DNA of 64,000 nucleotides from Amoebophrya sp. A120 (taxonomy: Eukaryota; Protista; Dinoflagellata). The position numbers were made by a program, and so were the translations under genes. The notes under the pieces are model-generated. The model saw only the letters and a program-made list of their open reading frames with translations. It was not told where the DNA came from and ran no database searches. Positions 24,230 through 38,200 of the stretch are shown here, piece by piece. Every line of letters starts with the position of its first letter. Position 1 is the first letter of the stretch. The stretch covers positions 11,348,591 through 11,412,590 of the forward strand of contig CAJINV010000002.1 in assembly GCA_905178155.1 (NCBI GenBank), written 5' to 3'.

Positions 24230-26035
24230 ACCCCAACTCCCGAAACCTTCCGACCAAAACCTCCGCGACCTTTACCCGCGGCCCCCGAAACCTCCGACCT
24301 CCGGGCCCCGGGGTCCCCGAAACCTCCGACCTCCGGGTCCCGGGGTCCCCGAAACCTCCGACCTTCGGGGCCCGCGGTCCCCGAAACCTCCGACCTCCGG
24401 GGCCCGGGGTCCGCGAAGCCTCCGACCTCCGGGCCCCGGGGTCCGCGAAGCCTCCGACCTCCGGGCCCCGGGGTCCGCGAAGCCTCCGACCTCCGGGCCC
24501 CGCGGTCCGCGAAGCCTCCGACCTCCGGGCCCCGCGGTCCCCGAAACCTCCAACCTCCGGGTCCCGGGGTCCCCGAAACCTCCGAACTCCGGGCCCCGGG
24601 GTCCCCGAAACCTCCGACCCCCGGGCCCCGGGGTCCCCGAAACCTCCGACCTCCGGGCCCCGGGGTCCCCGAAACCTCCGACCTCCGGGGCCCGGGGTCC
24701 CCGAAACCTCCGACCTCCGGGTCCCGGGGTCCCCGACAGCTCCGCACTCCGGGTCCCGCGGTCCGCGAAACCTCCGACCTCCGGGTCCCGCGGTCCGCGA
24801 AACCTCCGACCTCCGGGTCCCGCGGTCCGCGAAACCGCCGACCGCCGGGTCCCGGGGTCCCCGAAACCGCCGACCGCCGGGCCCCGCGGCCGGTCCCCGA
24901 AACCGCCGACCTCCGGGCCCCGGGGTCCCCGGAACCGCCGACCCCCGGGTCCCGGGGTCCCCGAAACCGCCAACCTCCGGGTCCCGGGGTCCCCGAAACC
25001 GCCGACCACCGGGTCCCGGGGTCCCCGAATCCTCCAACCTCCGGGCCCCGCGGTCGCCGAAACCTCCGCCCCCCGAGTCCCGCGGTCCGCGAAAGACCTC
25101 CGGGCCCCGGGGTCCCCGAAGCCTCCGACCTCCGGGGCCCGGGGTCCCCGAAACCTCCAAACTCCGGGGCCCGGGGTCCCCGAAACCTCCGACCTCCGGG
25201 GCCCGCGGTCCCCGAAACCTCCGACCTCCGGGGCCCGCGGTTCGCGAAACCTCCGACCTCCGGGGCCCGCGGTCCGCGAAACCTCCGACCTCCGGGTCCC
25301 GCGGTCCGCGAAACCTTCGACCGCCGGGTCCCGCGGTCCGCGAAACCTTCGACCGCCGGGTCCCGCGGTCCGCGAAACCTCCGACCGCCGGGCCCCGCGG
25401 TCCCCGAAACCGCCGACCGCCGGGTCCCGGGGTCCCCGAAACCGCCGACCGCCGGGTCCCGGGGTCCCCGAAAACGCCGACCGCCGGGTCCCGGGGTCCC
25501 CGAAACCGCCGACCGCCGGGTCCCGGGGTCCGCGAAGCCTCCAGCCTCCGGGTCCCGGGGTCCGCGAAGCCTCCGACCTCCGGGCCCCGCGGTCCGCGAA
25601 ACCTCCGACCTTCGGGTCCCGGGGTCCGCGAAACCTCCGACCGGACCTCCGGGCCCCGCGGTCCCCGAAACCTCCGACCTCCGAGTCCCGCGGTCCGCGA
25701 AACCTCCGACCTCCGGGTCCCGGGGTCCGCGAAACCTCCGACCGGACCTCCGGGTCCCGCGGGCCGCGAAACCTCCGACCCTCGGGTCCCGCGGTCCGCG
25801 AAACCTCCGACCGGACCTCCGGGTCCCGGGGTCCCCGAAATCTCCAACCTTCGGGTCCCGCGGGCTCCGAAACCTCCGACCACCCGGTCCCGGGGTCCCC
25901 GAAACCTCCGACCCCCGGGTCCCGCGGTCCGCGAAACCTCCGACCTCCGGGTCCCGGGGTCCGCGAAACCTCCGACCCCCGGGTCCCGCGGTCCCCGAAA
26001 CCTCCGACCTCCGGGTCCCCGGAACCTCCGACCTG
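24230..26035. repeat. GC-rich minisatellite, ~32-bp unit
   Basis: Unit gaaacctccgacctccgggccccggggtcccc recurs at 24287, 24319, 24351 and onward for ~1.8 kb. Confidence 0.97.
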
Positions 26036-27575
26036 GGCTAGGCAGGCCGCTAGGGCTTGTGGCTAGGCAGGCCCGCCGCTAGGGCTCGAGGCTAGGCAGG
26101 GAGGCCGCTAGGGCTCGAGGCTAGGCAGGCCGCCAGGGCTTGGTGAGGCTAGGCAGGCCGCTGGGGCCCGAGGCTAGGCAGGCCGCCAGGGCTCGAGGCT
26201 AGGCAGGCCGCTAGGGCTCGAGGCTAGGCCGCTAGGGCTTGGGGCTTGGCAGGCCGCTAGGGCCCTAGGCCAGGGCGGCCGCTGGGGCTTGAGGCTAGGA
26301 AGGCGGGCCACGGGGGCTCGAGGCTAGGCAGGCCGCTCGGGCTGGCCCGGGGCTAGGCAGGCCGCTCGGGCTGCCTCGAGGCTTGGCAGGCCGCTACCTA
26401 TGGCTCGGGGCTACCTAGGCAGGCCGCTAGGCTAGGGCCGGCCCGAGGCCAGGCTAGGCAGGCCGCTAGGCTAGGGCCCGAGGCTGGGCAGGCCGGTCGG
26501 GCTGGCTCGGGGCTTGGCAGGCCGCTCGGGCTGGCCCGGGGCTGGGCAGGCCGCTCGGGCTGGCTCGGGGCTGGGCAGGCCGCCCGGGCACGAGGCTAGG
26601 CAGGCGGCCCGCTCGGGCTCGAGGCCAGGCAGGCCGCTCGGGCTCGAGGCTAGGAAGGCCGCTCGGGCACCGCACCGCGAGGCCAGGCAGGCCGCTCGGG
26701 CCCGGGGCTAGGAAGGCCGCCCCGCTCGGGCTCGGGGCTAGGCAGGCCGCTCGGGCTCGGGGCTAGGCAGGCCGCTAGGGCTCGAGCCCAGGCAGGCCGC
26801 TAGGGCTCGAGGCCAGGCAGGCCGCGAGGCGAGGGCTCGAGGCTAGGCAGGCCGCGAGGGCTCGAGGCTAGGCAGGCCGCGAGGGCTCGGGACTAGGCAG
26901 GCCGCTAGGGCTCGAGGCCAGGCAGGCCGCTAGGGCTCGAGGCAAGGCAGGCCGCTAGGGCTCGAGGCTAGGCAGGCCGCTAGGGCTCGGGGCTAGGCAG
27001 GCCGCTAGGGCTCGAGGCTAGGCAGGCCGCTGGGGCTCGGGACTAGGCAGGCCGCTAGGGCTCGAGGCTAGGCCGGTGGGGCTCGAGGCTGGGCTGGCCG
27101 GTGGGGCTCGAGGCTAGGCCCGTAGGGCTCGAGGCTAGGCCCGTAGGGCTCGAGGCTAGGCCCGTAGGGCTCGAGGCTAGGCCCGTAGGGCTCGAGGCTA
27201 GGCCCGTAGGGCTCGAGGCTAGGCCCGTAGGGCTCGAGGCTAGGCCCGTAGGGCTCGAGGCTAGGCCCGTAGGGCTCGAGGCTAGGCCCGTAGGGCTCGA
27301 GGCTAGGCCCGTAGGGCTCGAGGCTAGGCCCGTAGGGCTCGAGGCTAGGCCCGTAGGGCTCGAGGCTAGGCCCGTAGGGCTCGAGGCTAGGCCGGCCGCT
27401 AGGGCTCGAGGCTAGGAAGGCCGGTAGGGCTCGAGGCTCCTGGGCCCGGCCGCTAGGGCTCGAGGCTAGGCCGCTAGGGCTCGAGGCTAGGCCGCTAGGG
27501 CTCGAGGCTGGGCCGCTAGGGCTCGGGGCTGGGAGGGCCGCTAGGGATCGAGGCTAGGCCGCTAGGGACTAGGGC
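26036..27575. repeat. GC-rich minisatellite, 21-25-bp units
   Basis: Degenerate gggctcgaggctaggcaggccgcta units, with a homogeneous gggctcgaggctaggcccgta run at ~27105-27390. Confidence 0.97.
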
Positions 27576-27874
27576 ACTTCCGCTGAAGGTTCAGAAAGAC
27601 GGGGGCGCATGAGGCGAGGGCCAGAACATTAGAGGCCCGGCTGTGCCTGCACCACTGGGACTGTCGCCTTGCTGTGCGCCTGTGGGGAGTGCGTGAGGGT
27701 GCGGCGGGGTGCCTGCCTGGTCGTTGTTGTGTGTTGCTTTTGGTTTCTAGTGCGGAGTGAGTCAAGGGTAGCTTGCGACTAGTATTCCAAGATGAATCAC
27801 GAGTAGAGGAAAATGGAGTCTTCGCTTGTTTCACGACACCTCCAAATGGTGCAAACGGCGTTAGCAAGGTCGTG

Positions 27875-29700
27875 CTACCTCTGGACGTGGTTGGACTCCT
27901 GCTGGCACAAGTAACAGGTGATGCGCTCGATTTGGCTCCCCGCGTTCCTGAGCCGTTTGCTATGGAGCGCAGAAGCACTGTGTTCATGCGAAACGTGAAG
28001 CTCGTACTCGCCCTCGACTTTTGCATGGCAGTGCCTGCAATACCTCGTCGACTGCTCGACGAGCACGAGGGGGTCCCCGCCCTCCCCGCAGACACCCACA
28101 TGATGTCGCGTCTAAGTGAAGATGGTGGATTCCGTAGCTGTCCTACTAACTATTCTTATCTCTCGTCTCTTGGCCTTAAGTAAGTACTTTGGTGCATCAC
28201 GAAGCATGTCGATTCGTCTTGTCATTTCTCTCAGTCAAGGTCGTCCTCGTCTTTCTCATTTCTCTTTTCCTTCCACAAAATATGACCTTGCTCAACACCA
28301 CAGAGTTGATAGCGCTGCGGTTACGCTAAATAGCCAGCCACTGGCAATATCAGTATGCAAGCGGAAGCGCATCAACCTGAACATACAAACACATCAATGC
28401 ACATACACCACTATGCTAAAGAACTCCACCAAATGAATGGACAACACGAATGCTCCAATCCACCGCTTCTCACGAAGTGCGTCTGGTTTTCCCTTCCCCT
28501 CCTTGGATAATTTCTATGATGAAGGCTTCATCATAGAAATTATCCAAGGATTCGGAAATCGAAATTCAAGTTTATATCTTCGCAAACTGAAGATGCCATT
28601 GCAAAATGTTATGAAATCATACTGGAGGTGCTGGTCCTCGCAGTACGGTTACAGCCGTTCCGGTTACAGCCGTAGCTCTTTTGGCGGACAGGCTATAGAA
28701 ACGCAGAACTATTACAATTATAATTGTGTTTTCTAGAGAGACCGAATATCAATATCATCTACGTCGTCATTGTTCATTGTTACAACGGAGGGTGGAGTGA
28801 ATACAACTTTGTTTCCGCAATCTCAAATTGGCTGTTTCGCTAGGGTCTTCATCTTCTACTAGGCAGGCCTCTTCGCCTTTTGTGGCCTTTGCCGACCTTT
28901 TTATCTCTTTCTGTTTCTTTCACAAAAACTCACACCGCATAAGTGCGCCAGTCTGTTGTACCGCCCTGGTGGTCCTGGGTCTTCTATCTTCTTGATACAC
29001 GGCGACCAGGGTGTTCATTGACAATTCTACTGGTTGTGGTCGTTGAGCAGGAGCTATAATACTAGCATGTCGATGTCGAAAACACCCACCGAGCTGCTTC
29101 TACTGCTAGTAGTCAACAAGTCACTAGGGCGAGGGCCAACATCGAACATTCATTATCTGCTAGCACCTACCGTTCATCATAGGCCGAATCCGAGTCCGTA
29201 GCTGCGAGAGAAACTAGAGAAACTAGTTGTAGCCACTAGGTAACGTCATTGAATGATGGCAAGAGAGTTTCGCTTTTCCAGAAACTACTTCTTGCTCTTG
29301 TGTCTTTTCTTTTCATGCGGTTTGTGAAATACACATACACTACTTAGTTAGAATAAGAAACATAAATCGCTTTTGATATAAATAGAATAAGTCGAAAGAA
29401 ACGATAAAAAGCTGCTGAAGAGTTTTGCTAACCTCAAAAAGTAGATTTATTATTTTTGATATCAATACAGGTGGGGGTGGCAGAAAAGGGAGTCACACCT
29501 GTTACACTTCATTGACAACGGGAACGGCTCGTCCATGATCATCGTCAGAATGAAGGCATTTAGCTGTATCAATGCTGTTGCTGTCTCTGTTGCTGTGCTG
29601 ACCGCAAAATGTATAGCGGCGCATCGATCGAGACAACCGTTACCATTGTCAACTAAAAAACATTTTTCCTTGGACTGTCGTACCAAGGCATCTTCAGGTG
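27875..29700 (-). CDS. Possible multi-exon zinc-finger protein (AN1-like motif); model very uncertain
   Basis: Cys/His-rich pieces MKCNRCDSLFCHPHLY (resembles AN1 CxxCxxxFCxxH) and YCRHCH...CYLCQQ on the minus strand. Confidence 0.35.
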
Positions 29701-30367
29701 CTTCGGAATTAAGTTGAAGTCCGCATCTCCAACGCCAATTCAGGTTTGTCGCACAGCGCTGCAGCTTACTCGACTCGTCCATCCATTGCGCCTGTGCTTT
29801 CGACAATGAAAATGATTGAAGCAGAGTCGGAGATGATTTGGTATATTTATTATATATCGATCCTACCGTCGAGTACATGAGACGGTTAATCAATGCGCAA
29901 CTTCAACTTGTACATAGGGGATTCGAAATCTACGCCATCCTTTTCCTCGTTGCGGTTGTACCCGCGGCCGAGGTCTCGATATTGGTTTTACTTCCTACTT
30001 CATTTCTGAAATGCCAGGCAGCTCCGTCACCGTCGTTCTTCTTGCTTCTCACGAAGTGATACTGCAAGGCTACGTCTTCTGAAGTAAAAATTCAAGTTGT
30101 TTCCAAAAAAAACTACGACACCTCACTAATCTTCTTTTTCTACTTACTCAGATTTGTTAGCCCAATTACAAGAAGCCCAAAAAAAGCTACTGAAGTTTGT
30201 ATTTACTCAAAGACAAAGCACAAGGACAGTTGTCAGCTTCTTCAGCTGTACTTTGAAATGGACAAAGCTCGTGTTCATATACATGTTATCTACCGATACT
30301 GAAACAGTGCGAGATCGTGCTGGTGTCTCTGTCTTTTTGCATCTGTCATCAACATTTTCTTGCCCTT

Positions 30368-32922
30368 CTATTTTCCCTCAACGGACCTCGGTTGGACCGA
30401 TACGCAAGTTAAGATCACCGTGCAATCGTCACTGCTTCCTTTCGTCAGAGCCAAAGTCACGACGTCTCCGGCTATCCTCTCCAATACCGCAGCAACCTGG
30501 TGCTCGGGGTCAACTGTGATGTGAAAATTTTCTTTTGAAAAGTGCCTGTATCTCCGAGCAAGAATGGCGCTTAAGCAATTGAAGAGGCATGATAAAGCCT
30601 GCGCCTGGTAGTTTTGGAAAAAAAAAGAATGTTATAACACAACGATGCTCATACTACTAGTGACGGTTGCATATGCCTAAGCAAGAGCAAGAACTCAACT
30701 AGTAGTACATGCGCATCCAATATATATAATCTATGTATATACAATCTTTTCCGGCTGTTGCCAGATATTTCTGCAGCTGCCGTACTGATTTCTGCTTCGT
30801 CTTGATGACATTGAGTATGTCCTGTCCGTTCACGCAGTCCCAAATACCTTTTTATTTTTGAGAACGACTTCGACTACGAATCATCTCCTTGTTGTGGATC
30901 TTTGTTAGTTCCGATGTTGTTGCAGGAGCTCGAGCTGTAAATAAACTGCGAGAAAAACCAACCTCGCTGCCCCGACAAACACAAACATCGCAAATAAGAC
31001 ATGCAAACATCAGAAGAGATTGAGATGTAATGTGTCCACAGTTTACCGTCTGTGGCCTGCACGAGCAAACCCTGAACGTCGGTTGCGTCTTTGTCTTTTT
31101 TCCTGGCTTCGGCGACCATGTCTACCATTCTAGTTTCCGGGACAATCGATATCACACCTTTCGGGACTTTTGCCTTCACGTCGAAGTCTCCTATCGTGCG
31201 GGTCGGCTGAGGTTGAATAATTAAAAATGGTTGTGTATATTCATATTGCAACCAATATGTCGCAACAACTAGAACCACAAGCCTACGCAAGCACACTTCT
31301 TGAGGACATTCTGATTGTCATCGCTACCTCGCGTCTGAAGCAAGCAAGGCAGAAGTGCTTTCTGGATCTTGAAAATGGCGATGGGAAAGAAGAATTTGAA
31401 AGACCCGAAAAGAGACGAGAAGACGGGACACTTTAAAAGTACCTCGAGTCCTTCGACCCTGCCGTCCGACACTCTCCATCCGCAAGACCGGATGCGCTCC
31501 ACTTCGTAGGGCGCGGAGGCTTTCAGATCTCGTGACATCCAGCAGAAGGCGCCCGTGTCGAAGGTGGCACTGTCTGCATTATTGAGTGGTATCCAGACCG
31601 CGCGGCAGTCACCGAGGTTCGCACACCAGAGGTACCTCACACACAATAAGATTTTTGGAATCTTCCCGCCATTATGTCAGGGTGACGAGGAACTTTGTAG
31701 CAATACTAGGGAGGACGTCGACAGAAATTATACACTGCGTCTATTGTCCTCATCAATCTTCTCTTTTCATCAGGATCAGTTGCTCCTTAGGAGCAAAAAA
31801 TGCAAAGAATAAGCAGCAGAAAATAGAGAACATAAAGCAAAATTTACTTTCCCCACACGACGCAACTGTTCGCACAGCAGCCTGCGGTAGATCCCGTCTT
31901 GGCCAACGTTTTTTCTATCTCCTCGAAACCGCCCACGTGGGCCTCGTGCACTTTTCTCTGGTCCAAAAAACACTGGTTAAACACCAACGCCGGTAGCTGG
32001 TCCGCGACCATATCGGCTGCGACGGCACCGTCGTGACCATCGAGGACCCCGACAATGAACATGTCAATCAACTCGGAATTCTTTGACCGTACATGCTCCT
32101 CGCAAAAAAATCGGTCCTCGTTGGCTGGAGATCATGAAATTGAAAATTATGCATTGTCGTCTGGCATCTTGAACATGAACACCCTCCAGAACGACTACAT
32201 GCCGGGTCCTCGGTGGCTGACGGTGCTACCGTACTAGCCGAACATGAAAACATGAGAATGTAAATGTACATGAATGAGAAAGGAGGTTGTCGGATACGGA
32301 TTGATAATATTGATATTCAACATAAACTACGTATCAACAACATCTACAGAAAAATAGGGGGCGCGTTCCAACTACATGAAAACACATTCAAGAGGTACCG
32401 TGGAACCCAGGTCGATTCTCTTCTGAATAGGCACGGCACATGTAAAACATGTCGACCTCGTGGCTTTCTCGTATGATTTCCTTTACCGTAAGCGGCTCCG
32501 CTGAGGTGGATTCACCGGTTTCCGTGCTCCCTGAGACATCGGGGGCAAGAGCGCCACGCACACTTGGCTCCGCGGGAGTTTGGTACGGCACGTCGCCGCG
32601 CGTCCTGCGGTTTATCTTCGGCATTTTCTCTGCTACTGCTCAGTCTCCTGCAACTACAACTGTACCTCTTCCTCTGCTCAGCTCGCTCCTGGTTTCCGAA
32701 CGCGTTCACGGTGACTGGTGTACACCTATTCTCGAGTCTGCTGGTTCGCGGATTTTCCACGACAAGTAGAGCGAAAATGCGGGCGTTCTTAATTACGGCA
32801 AATATCAGGTTTCGAGTTCTCCTCCTTGCCCCGCTGGTACTAGAGCTTGTGGTTCTGGAGCTGGAAGATGCGGGAAAATGGCGTACACTGCGCAGGGCGG
32901 CGGTCGTAGACAGGTGCACCAC
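30368..32922 (-). CDS. Protein phosphatase 2C (PPM family), multi-exon; 5' end uncertain
   Basis: Motifs in order: NEDR, GVLDGHDG, ANLGDCRAV, TRTIGDFDVK, LVQATDG, and a last exon LALTKGSSDDCTVIL...EGK* ending at 30368. Confidence 0.9.
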
Positions 32923-35235
32923 TTCGACTTCGTCCGTGCACCCGCCCTTGTCACGATTGGGCCGTGGTAGTAGAGCCTACCTCAACAACTATGGGGCCCG
33001 GTTCCCGTGCGGGGCGGCCAACGCGTGCATTACGGAAAGCACCTCCAGTCTGCATTGCGAAAGTGCCCGCATCTGTTCGCGCTGTTCTTCCGATGACAGT
33101 AAGAGCTAGAGCGGCTGTCAAAACGAAAACAGCAACCTCCAGAAGGGAACTGGTTCTTCTTTTGGTCGTGCCAGCACAGGTGCCCTACACGGTGACAAGC
33201 GGAAACCGTTCGTAGCAGTAGAAGTGCGGCCTTCGGGTCCAAAAACTCAAGCTGTACTTCTAGGGCTAAGAAGTGGCAGCCAGAAGCTCCCGGCGCAGAG
33301 TTCAACTCACCGTCCCGCCCCTCGGAACTTGTTACAATAAGTGCGTCTTCGTACCTGCGGCTGTTCTCCTACTGTTGCGGCTGCCGTGATACAACCTCTG
33401 CGAAATACGACGGCTTGACAGCAAAAGAGCGAAGAGGCAGAGGTGGTCACAGTCTGGATGCTGCAACTAAACAAATATCCGAATTCCACACAATCAAAAG
33501 CAAGAGTCGAGTAGTGATACCTAGAGCTTGACCGCCTACTACAAGTGAAAGTGCATAGGTAACGATAGATGGTGATGGATCGCGATAACGTACCGACCGA
33601 CTCTGGTAGTTCTAGGTAGGTAGTTGTCGTTACACTTACACTTTCTTCAAGAAATTATGCCGGAAGAAAAAGTACCTCACCGGAAAAGTAAAGCAGGTAG
33701 CGCCTGCAAAAACAACGATGGCGCGGAAGCTTCTAGCGACGCAGGAATTTCGCATTCGCTTGCTTCATGGTTACTTTATCCTTAAAGTAGACAGAAAAAG
33801 AAAAAAACAACCACAGACGAAAGCTTTGTTACTATTGCATTTTTCGAGGGCGTGAGTATAATCCATGCTCTCCTCTCCTCCACGCAAATAGCTATCATGA
33901 ACCGTCTAAAAAAACCTGTCGCAGAGACAGTGAGTTGCGGCAGTAGGAGTACGTAGCCGTAACGGTCGTGTTTCAAAAAATTGAAATAACTGAAAGCTTT
34001 TATCACTTGCAATATTCGCAGTGAGCACAATGCAATATTCGCAGTGAGCACATGTTTGAGCCATATCTAAACTGAAGTAGATCATGTAGGAGATATGTAC
34101 TGCACGTGCACAAATGAACAAGAATTTTGAATTTTCATTTCTTGCCTGCGCTGCGACTGCTCTGGATGGTGACAGGCAGCAGCGCGAGCACGCCGCGAGG
34201 ACGAAGAATATGCGACAACAAGCAAGCTACGCACTGACGAAGATACACATCGTGGTCCCATTTCCACCTTTTTCTCGATGCGATCTCGTACAACTAGAAC
34301 TACTCACATAAAAATACAACATGGCTCTACTACCGAGGGAGCGCTGAAAGAAATGTTTTCTTTGAAGATACATTTTACGTTCGGCGGAGTGAAATTCGAA
34401 AGGCGAGTCGCCGCGTTGGCGTTCACAGAACATGAGCAAGTCGTTCGATGTTCCGTCACGGTGCCAGCAAAAGGTTATGCGCAGCTGCTATTTCTGGCAA
34501 AATGAATGCGCATGCCGAAAGATGAAAAAAGGAAAAAGCTAAGCCCAGATGAGAGTTCGATGCACTACAAAAACAATGAATTCTGATGGAGTTAGAAGCC
34601 AAAGCCATTTAATATATTCCGCGTCCGCAACAACGGAAAGTCGTTGAATACTAAGCGCATCTGACCCTCCCATTACAGCAGTATGAAATTGGAACCTGAT
34701 TGTCGCTAAAAAACCTGTATCTGTTGGATGTTCGCTACAAAATCAAAACTAGTCGCTAGTTTGAACATTGTTTTTGCTTTTTCGAATACACTTAAACGTA
34801 GGAAAATTCAATATTAATTATCACTAGAGGGTAGAAATAATCCAATGTTGGATTGTCCAAGTCTTCTAATTTCATTTTCTACATCAAAAACCATGTTGAA
34901 GCAGAAAAGGACTGGGACTGCTCCCAGTCTCAGTCATCATACCCAAGCCCGCCATCCTGGATGCTAAGAATGCATTTGATATTTTTCTTTTTGGTTGTTT
35001 TCAGGCTTTGCAGAAGCCCATAGTCCTTCTAGACTTCTGTGCGTCTAATTTATGATTCTACTGGATTTCATTCATCGGTTATGTTGCATCTTCTCGACTG
35101 TTCTACTTCGCCTTCGGAAAGAATAAGAATCCAAACAAGTGGCAGAAGGCTCCTACAGCCGCGACTTTCATCTATTGGTTTTAGCTGCAGATAAGAGCTG
35201 GCCAGCTGTCGCAGTCTTCGCCCTGTAATTGCATC

Positions 35236-38200
35236 TTACGTATTTTCTTTTTCCTCTACTCCCGTAGTCTCTCGTGTCGGCCTGGCTTCGCTTTGACCGG
35301 GCCCGGTGGAGGCATTACCTCCACTCAAGATAACATCACTTTTGACCTCGCCAGAAACTACGCTGGAAGTTGTAGTGGTTTGATTTTTTCGTGCAGGAAC
35401 TGCAACTACACATCCGTCGATGTTGACGCGAGAAACAACTGCGCCACCAGCTTCATCGTCGATTGACGGTTCCCTCGGGCAGTTCTTGATGATGCCGTCA
35501 AAGTCATAAAAATCGGTGAGCAGAAATTTTGGTTTCTCCCTGTCCAGGTAAGGCATGATCACCTGGCGAAGACAGCGATCGGAGACTTTACCCGACAAGG
35601 GATCCAACTCCACCTCCACAGGCCAGCAGCTTTTACGCTGCAGCGCGAGCAAGTCCCGCGTCAAGTTGTTCACTCTGCCCCGAGCTGGTGCAGCCGGCTC
35701 GTCTTGTTCCCCACCAGTCATCTCAGTATTCTCATTGTGATTACTAGAGTCGGTTCCATCGGGAGCTCTGAGTGCGCTGTTTTCATTTGTTCCAAGTACA
35801 GCGGAAAGCAAACTCTGTCTTGCTTGTTCTTGCTCGCTTTCACGACCTAGGAGCATGGCAGCAGCAGTAGGAGGAACAACAGAGGCGCTCTGTCGTGTTG
35901 TTGATTCCCTCGCTGAAGTAGAGCTTGAGGACACAGAGCCGCCAACATCTTCGGAATTTTTGCCTCTGCTGGTTCCGTCTTGCGGCTGCAGTGCCGCCGC
36001 GGGGCCCGTGGTGGATTGGCCTTGCATTTCGACATCTTGTTCTTTGGCATTTCCAGTGTGGTGCTGCGCCGCGAGACCCGGGCCTGTTCCGCCTACGCAT
36101 ACGTCGTCTTTCTTGGTGTCCTCGTCGTGTTCTTGTTGACCGACTCTGGTTCTTTGCGGATTAGAAACTCCAACATGATGTAGTTCGTGATGGTCTTCGA
36201 CGTCCCCTTGCGGTTGTAGCTCGACGGAGGATCCCCATCCCGCCCTGTTGACATGATTATGATCCCCTGTTCCAGCTGCCGCTGCGTTGCTCTGGTTGGC
36301 AAGCAGCTCCTGATCGTTCTCCCGCGGCCCGTTATTAATAGTAGAATGGTTGTGTCGTTCATCTTGTGCAGGAGCAGCTATGCCTTCGTCAGTGGTCTGG
36401 CCGTTTTCATCTTCAACTTCGTCGCCTTGTTGCTCCATGTCAGCATCCTCGTGTTCGTCGCCTACTTGTTCGAAGTCAGATTCAGACAGATCCTCATCGT
36501 CATCGTCGTCCTCTTCGTCTTCGTCGCCCACCTCCTCCTCGTCGATTATGATTATGCCTGCTCCGCGACCGGCCATGGGGCCGACCTCTTGTTCATCATC
36601 CTGCTCGTCTTGATCGACCAGAGCAGCTGGTTCGCCTAAGTCGTCACCAGCAGCGTCATGCTCATTCTCGTCATCAGCCAAATTCCCGTTCTCCAGGTGC
36701 TCCTCCTTCCGCCGCCAAAAGTACAGCGAAACCTGGGCAAACTGGGGCAGCGAGTACTTCTTGTGCACCGCACACATCTATCAAATGCAAAAATGTCTGG
36801 GTCTGGAAGAATGCAACTTGTGTTGATACTGCGTCTGCATTATCCAAAAATGAAAATCTGTATTGCATGAACAGCAAAAGAGGTCTGGTTTTGGCCACGG
36901 CGAGATGGCATTTCTCATGCGGTATAGGCATCAGAAAGCCCTCACAAGATCTGTGATGCTAGGGCATGCATCGCAGACATCAGGAGTCACGCAAAATGTG
37001 CATGACAAACCGGCGGGATATAAGTTGGGGAGCACTGATAGATAAAAAGGTAGCATGCACAGGGGAGAGTGGCCCCTGTTGCAATGCTGACCTATAAAGA
37101 AAGAGAAAGATCACGAAGATCCGTATCGTACAAGCAAAAGGACCCACGCATTGCGGGGCGGGATCCGTATCGTGAAAGATCCAGTAGTTTTTCTAGTCTA
37201 TGCTGTGCCCCTTACTAGCTTGCCGTCGAGTAGAAGTAGAGCTGATTTTATTGCAATTGCCGCTTTTGCGATATTTTTAGCGGACCCCGCCAAAATACCC
37301 TCATGCTTTTCCCGAGTAAACTCATTGCAACTAGAAACATCCCCTTCCTGCTTCGGCGCACCCCATCTGCCTAGTCGCCCCTAGGTAGATGAGGGAATTT
37401 TTTGTGTGGGCTTCTTCCTGCTTAATTAATCTGACAGGGGCTACGTCTTTTTTTTCTGTCTTGCCAGCAGAGTGGGTGAGGGAACTAAACAGGGATCGAC
37501 AACGAAGTGCAGGACCAGAGGACGAGAGCCGAAAAGGTACAAATCGGGAAAAAATGCCGTATACCCGCGTAACCTGGTATGTGAATTGTGCTACACTCTT
37601 CACATTTCAGAGATCGCACCCGCTCGCGCAAAAAATTAGATAGTGAATGATGAAAAATTTGCGAGCCAATAAAAAAAAAAAAAAATGCGCATGACAAACC
37701 TTGCCTCCTTCCAGACCCAGACTACATTTTTACATTTGATAACATCTCTGTCGGCTGGCGAATAGGCTGCCCTTCGCGGTTTCGGGGTACGAACTCTTTC
37801 GGGGGCACGGACGCAAGCTGGTACAAGTTGCGGACCTGGTGATGAAGACGACACTATCTTCACAATGAGTGGATAAATGAAGTGCTGAAATAACGCGCAG
37901 TGGGCTCATAGCGCTGTGCGCGTGTGCGCACTCAGGACTACCTGCGAGGAGTCTCTGTTTTGCTCCTGCACACCATAAATCCCACAAAAAAAAGAAGAAC
38001 GAGTTCTACATGTAAAAAAACCGAAAAAACCGAAACCTAAATCCAGCATCAGCATGTCATCTGAATTGCAAATGAAAGCAGTAATTTTGATGTGTACTCA
38101 CTGCAGCAATGGTAGAAAGAGACGAACAACGATACCAGCGATCTTGAATGCGCGTCCTGTGGAAACTCGAGCTGGTCGAGGATAGCGCTCGCGTTCGCTG

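Noticed and set aside
24106-27415. Long Pro/Gly/Arg-rich ORFs (639 aa, 581 aa, GLEARPV repeat)
   Set aside because: They are translations of stop-poor minisatellites, open on both strands, and the 32-bp unit is not a multiple of 3.
24230-27575. CRISPR-like appearance of regular repeats
   Set aside because: Units are contiguous with no unique spacers, no cas genes are present, and the context is eukaryotic.
29711-29909. Short inverted repeat aagttgaagtccgcat / atgcgcaacttcaactt
   Set aside because: No TAT...ATA termini or 5-bp DR found. It could be a very old element but cannot be supported.
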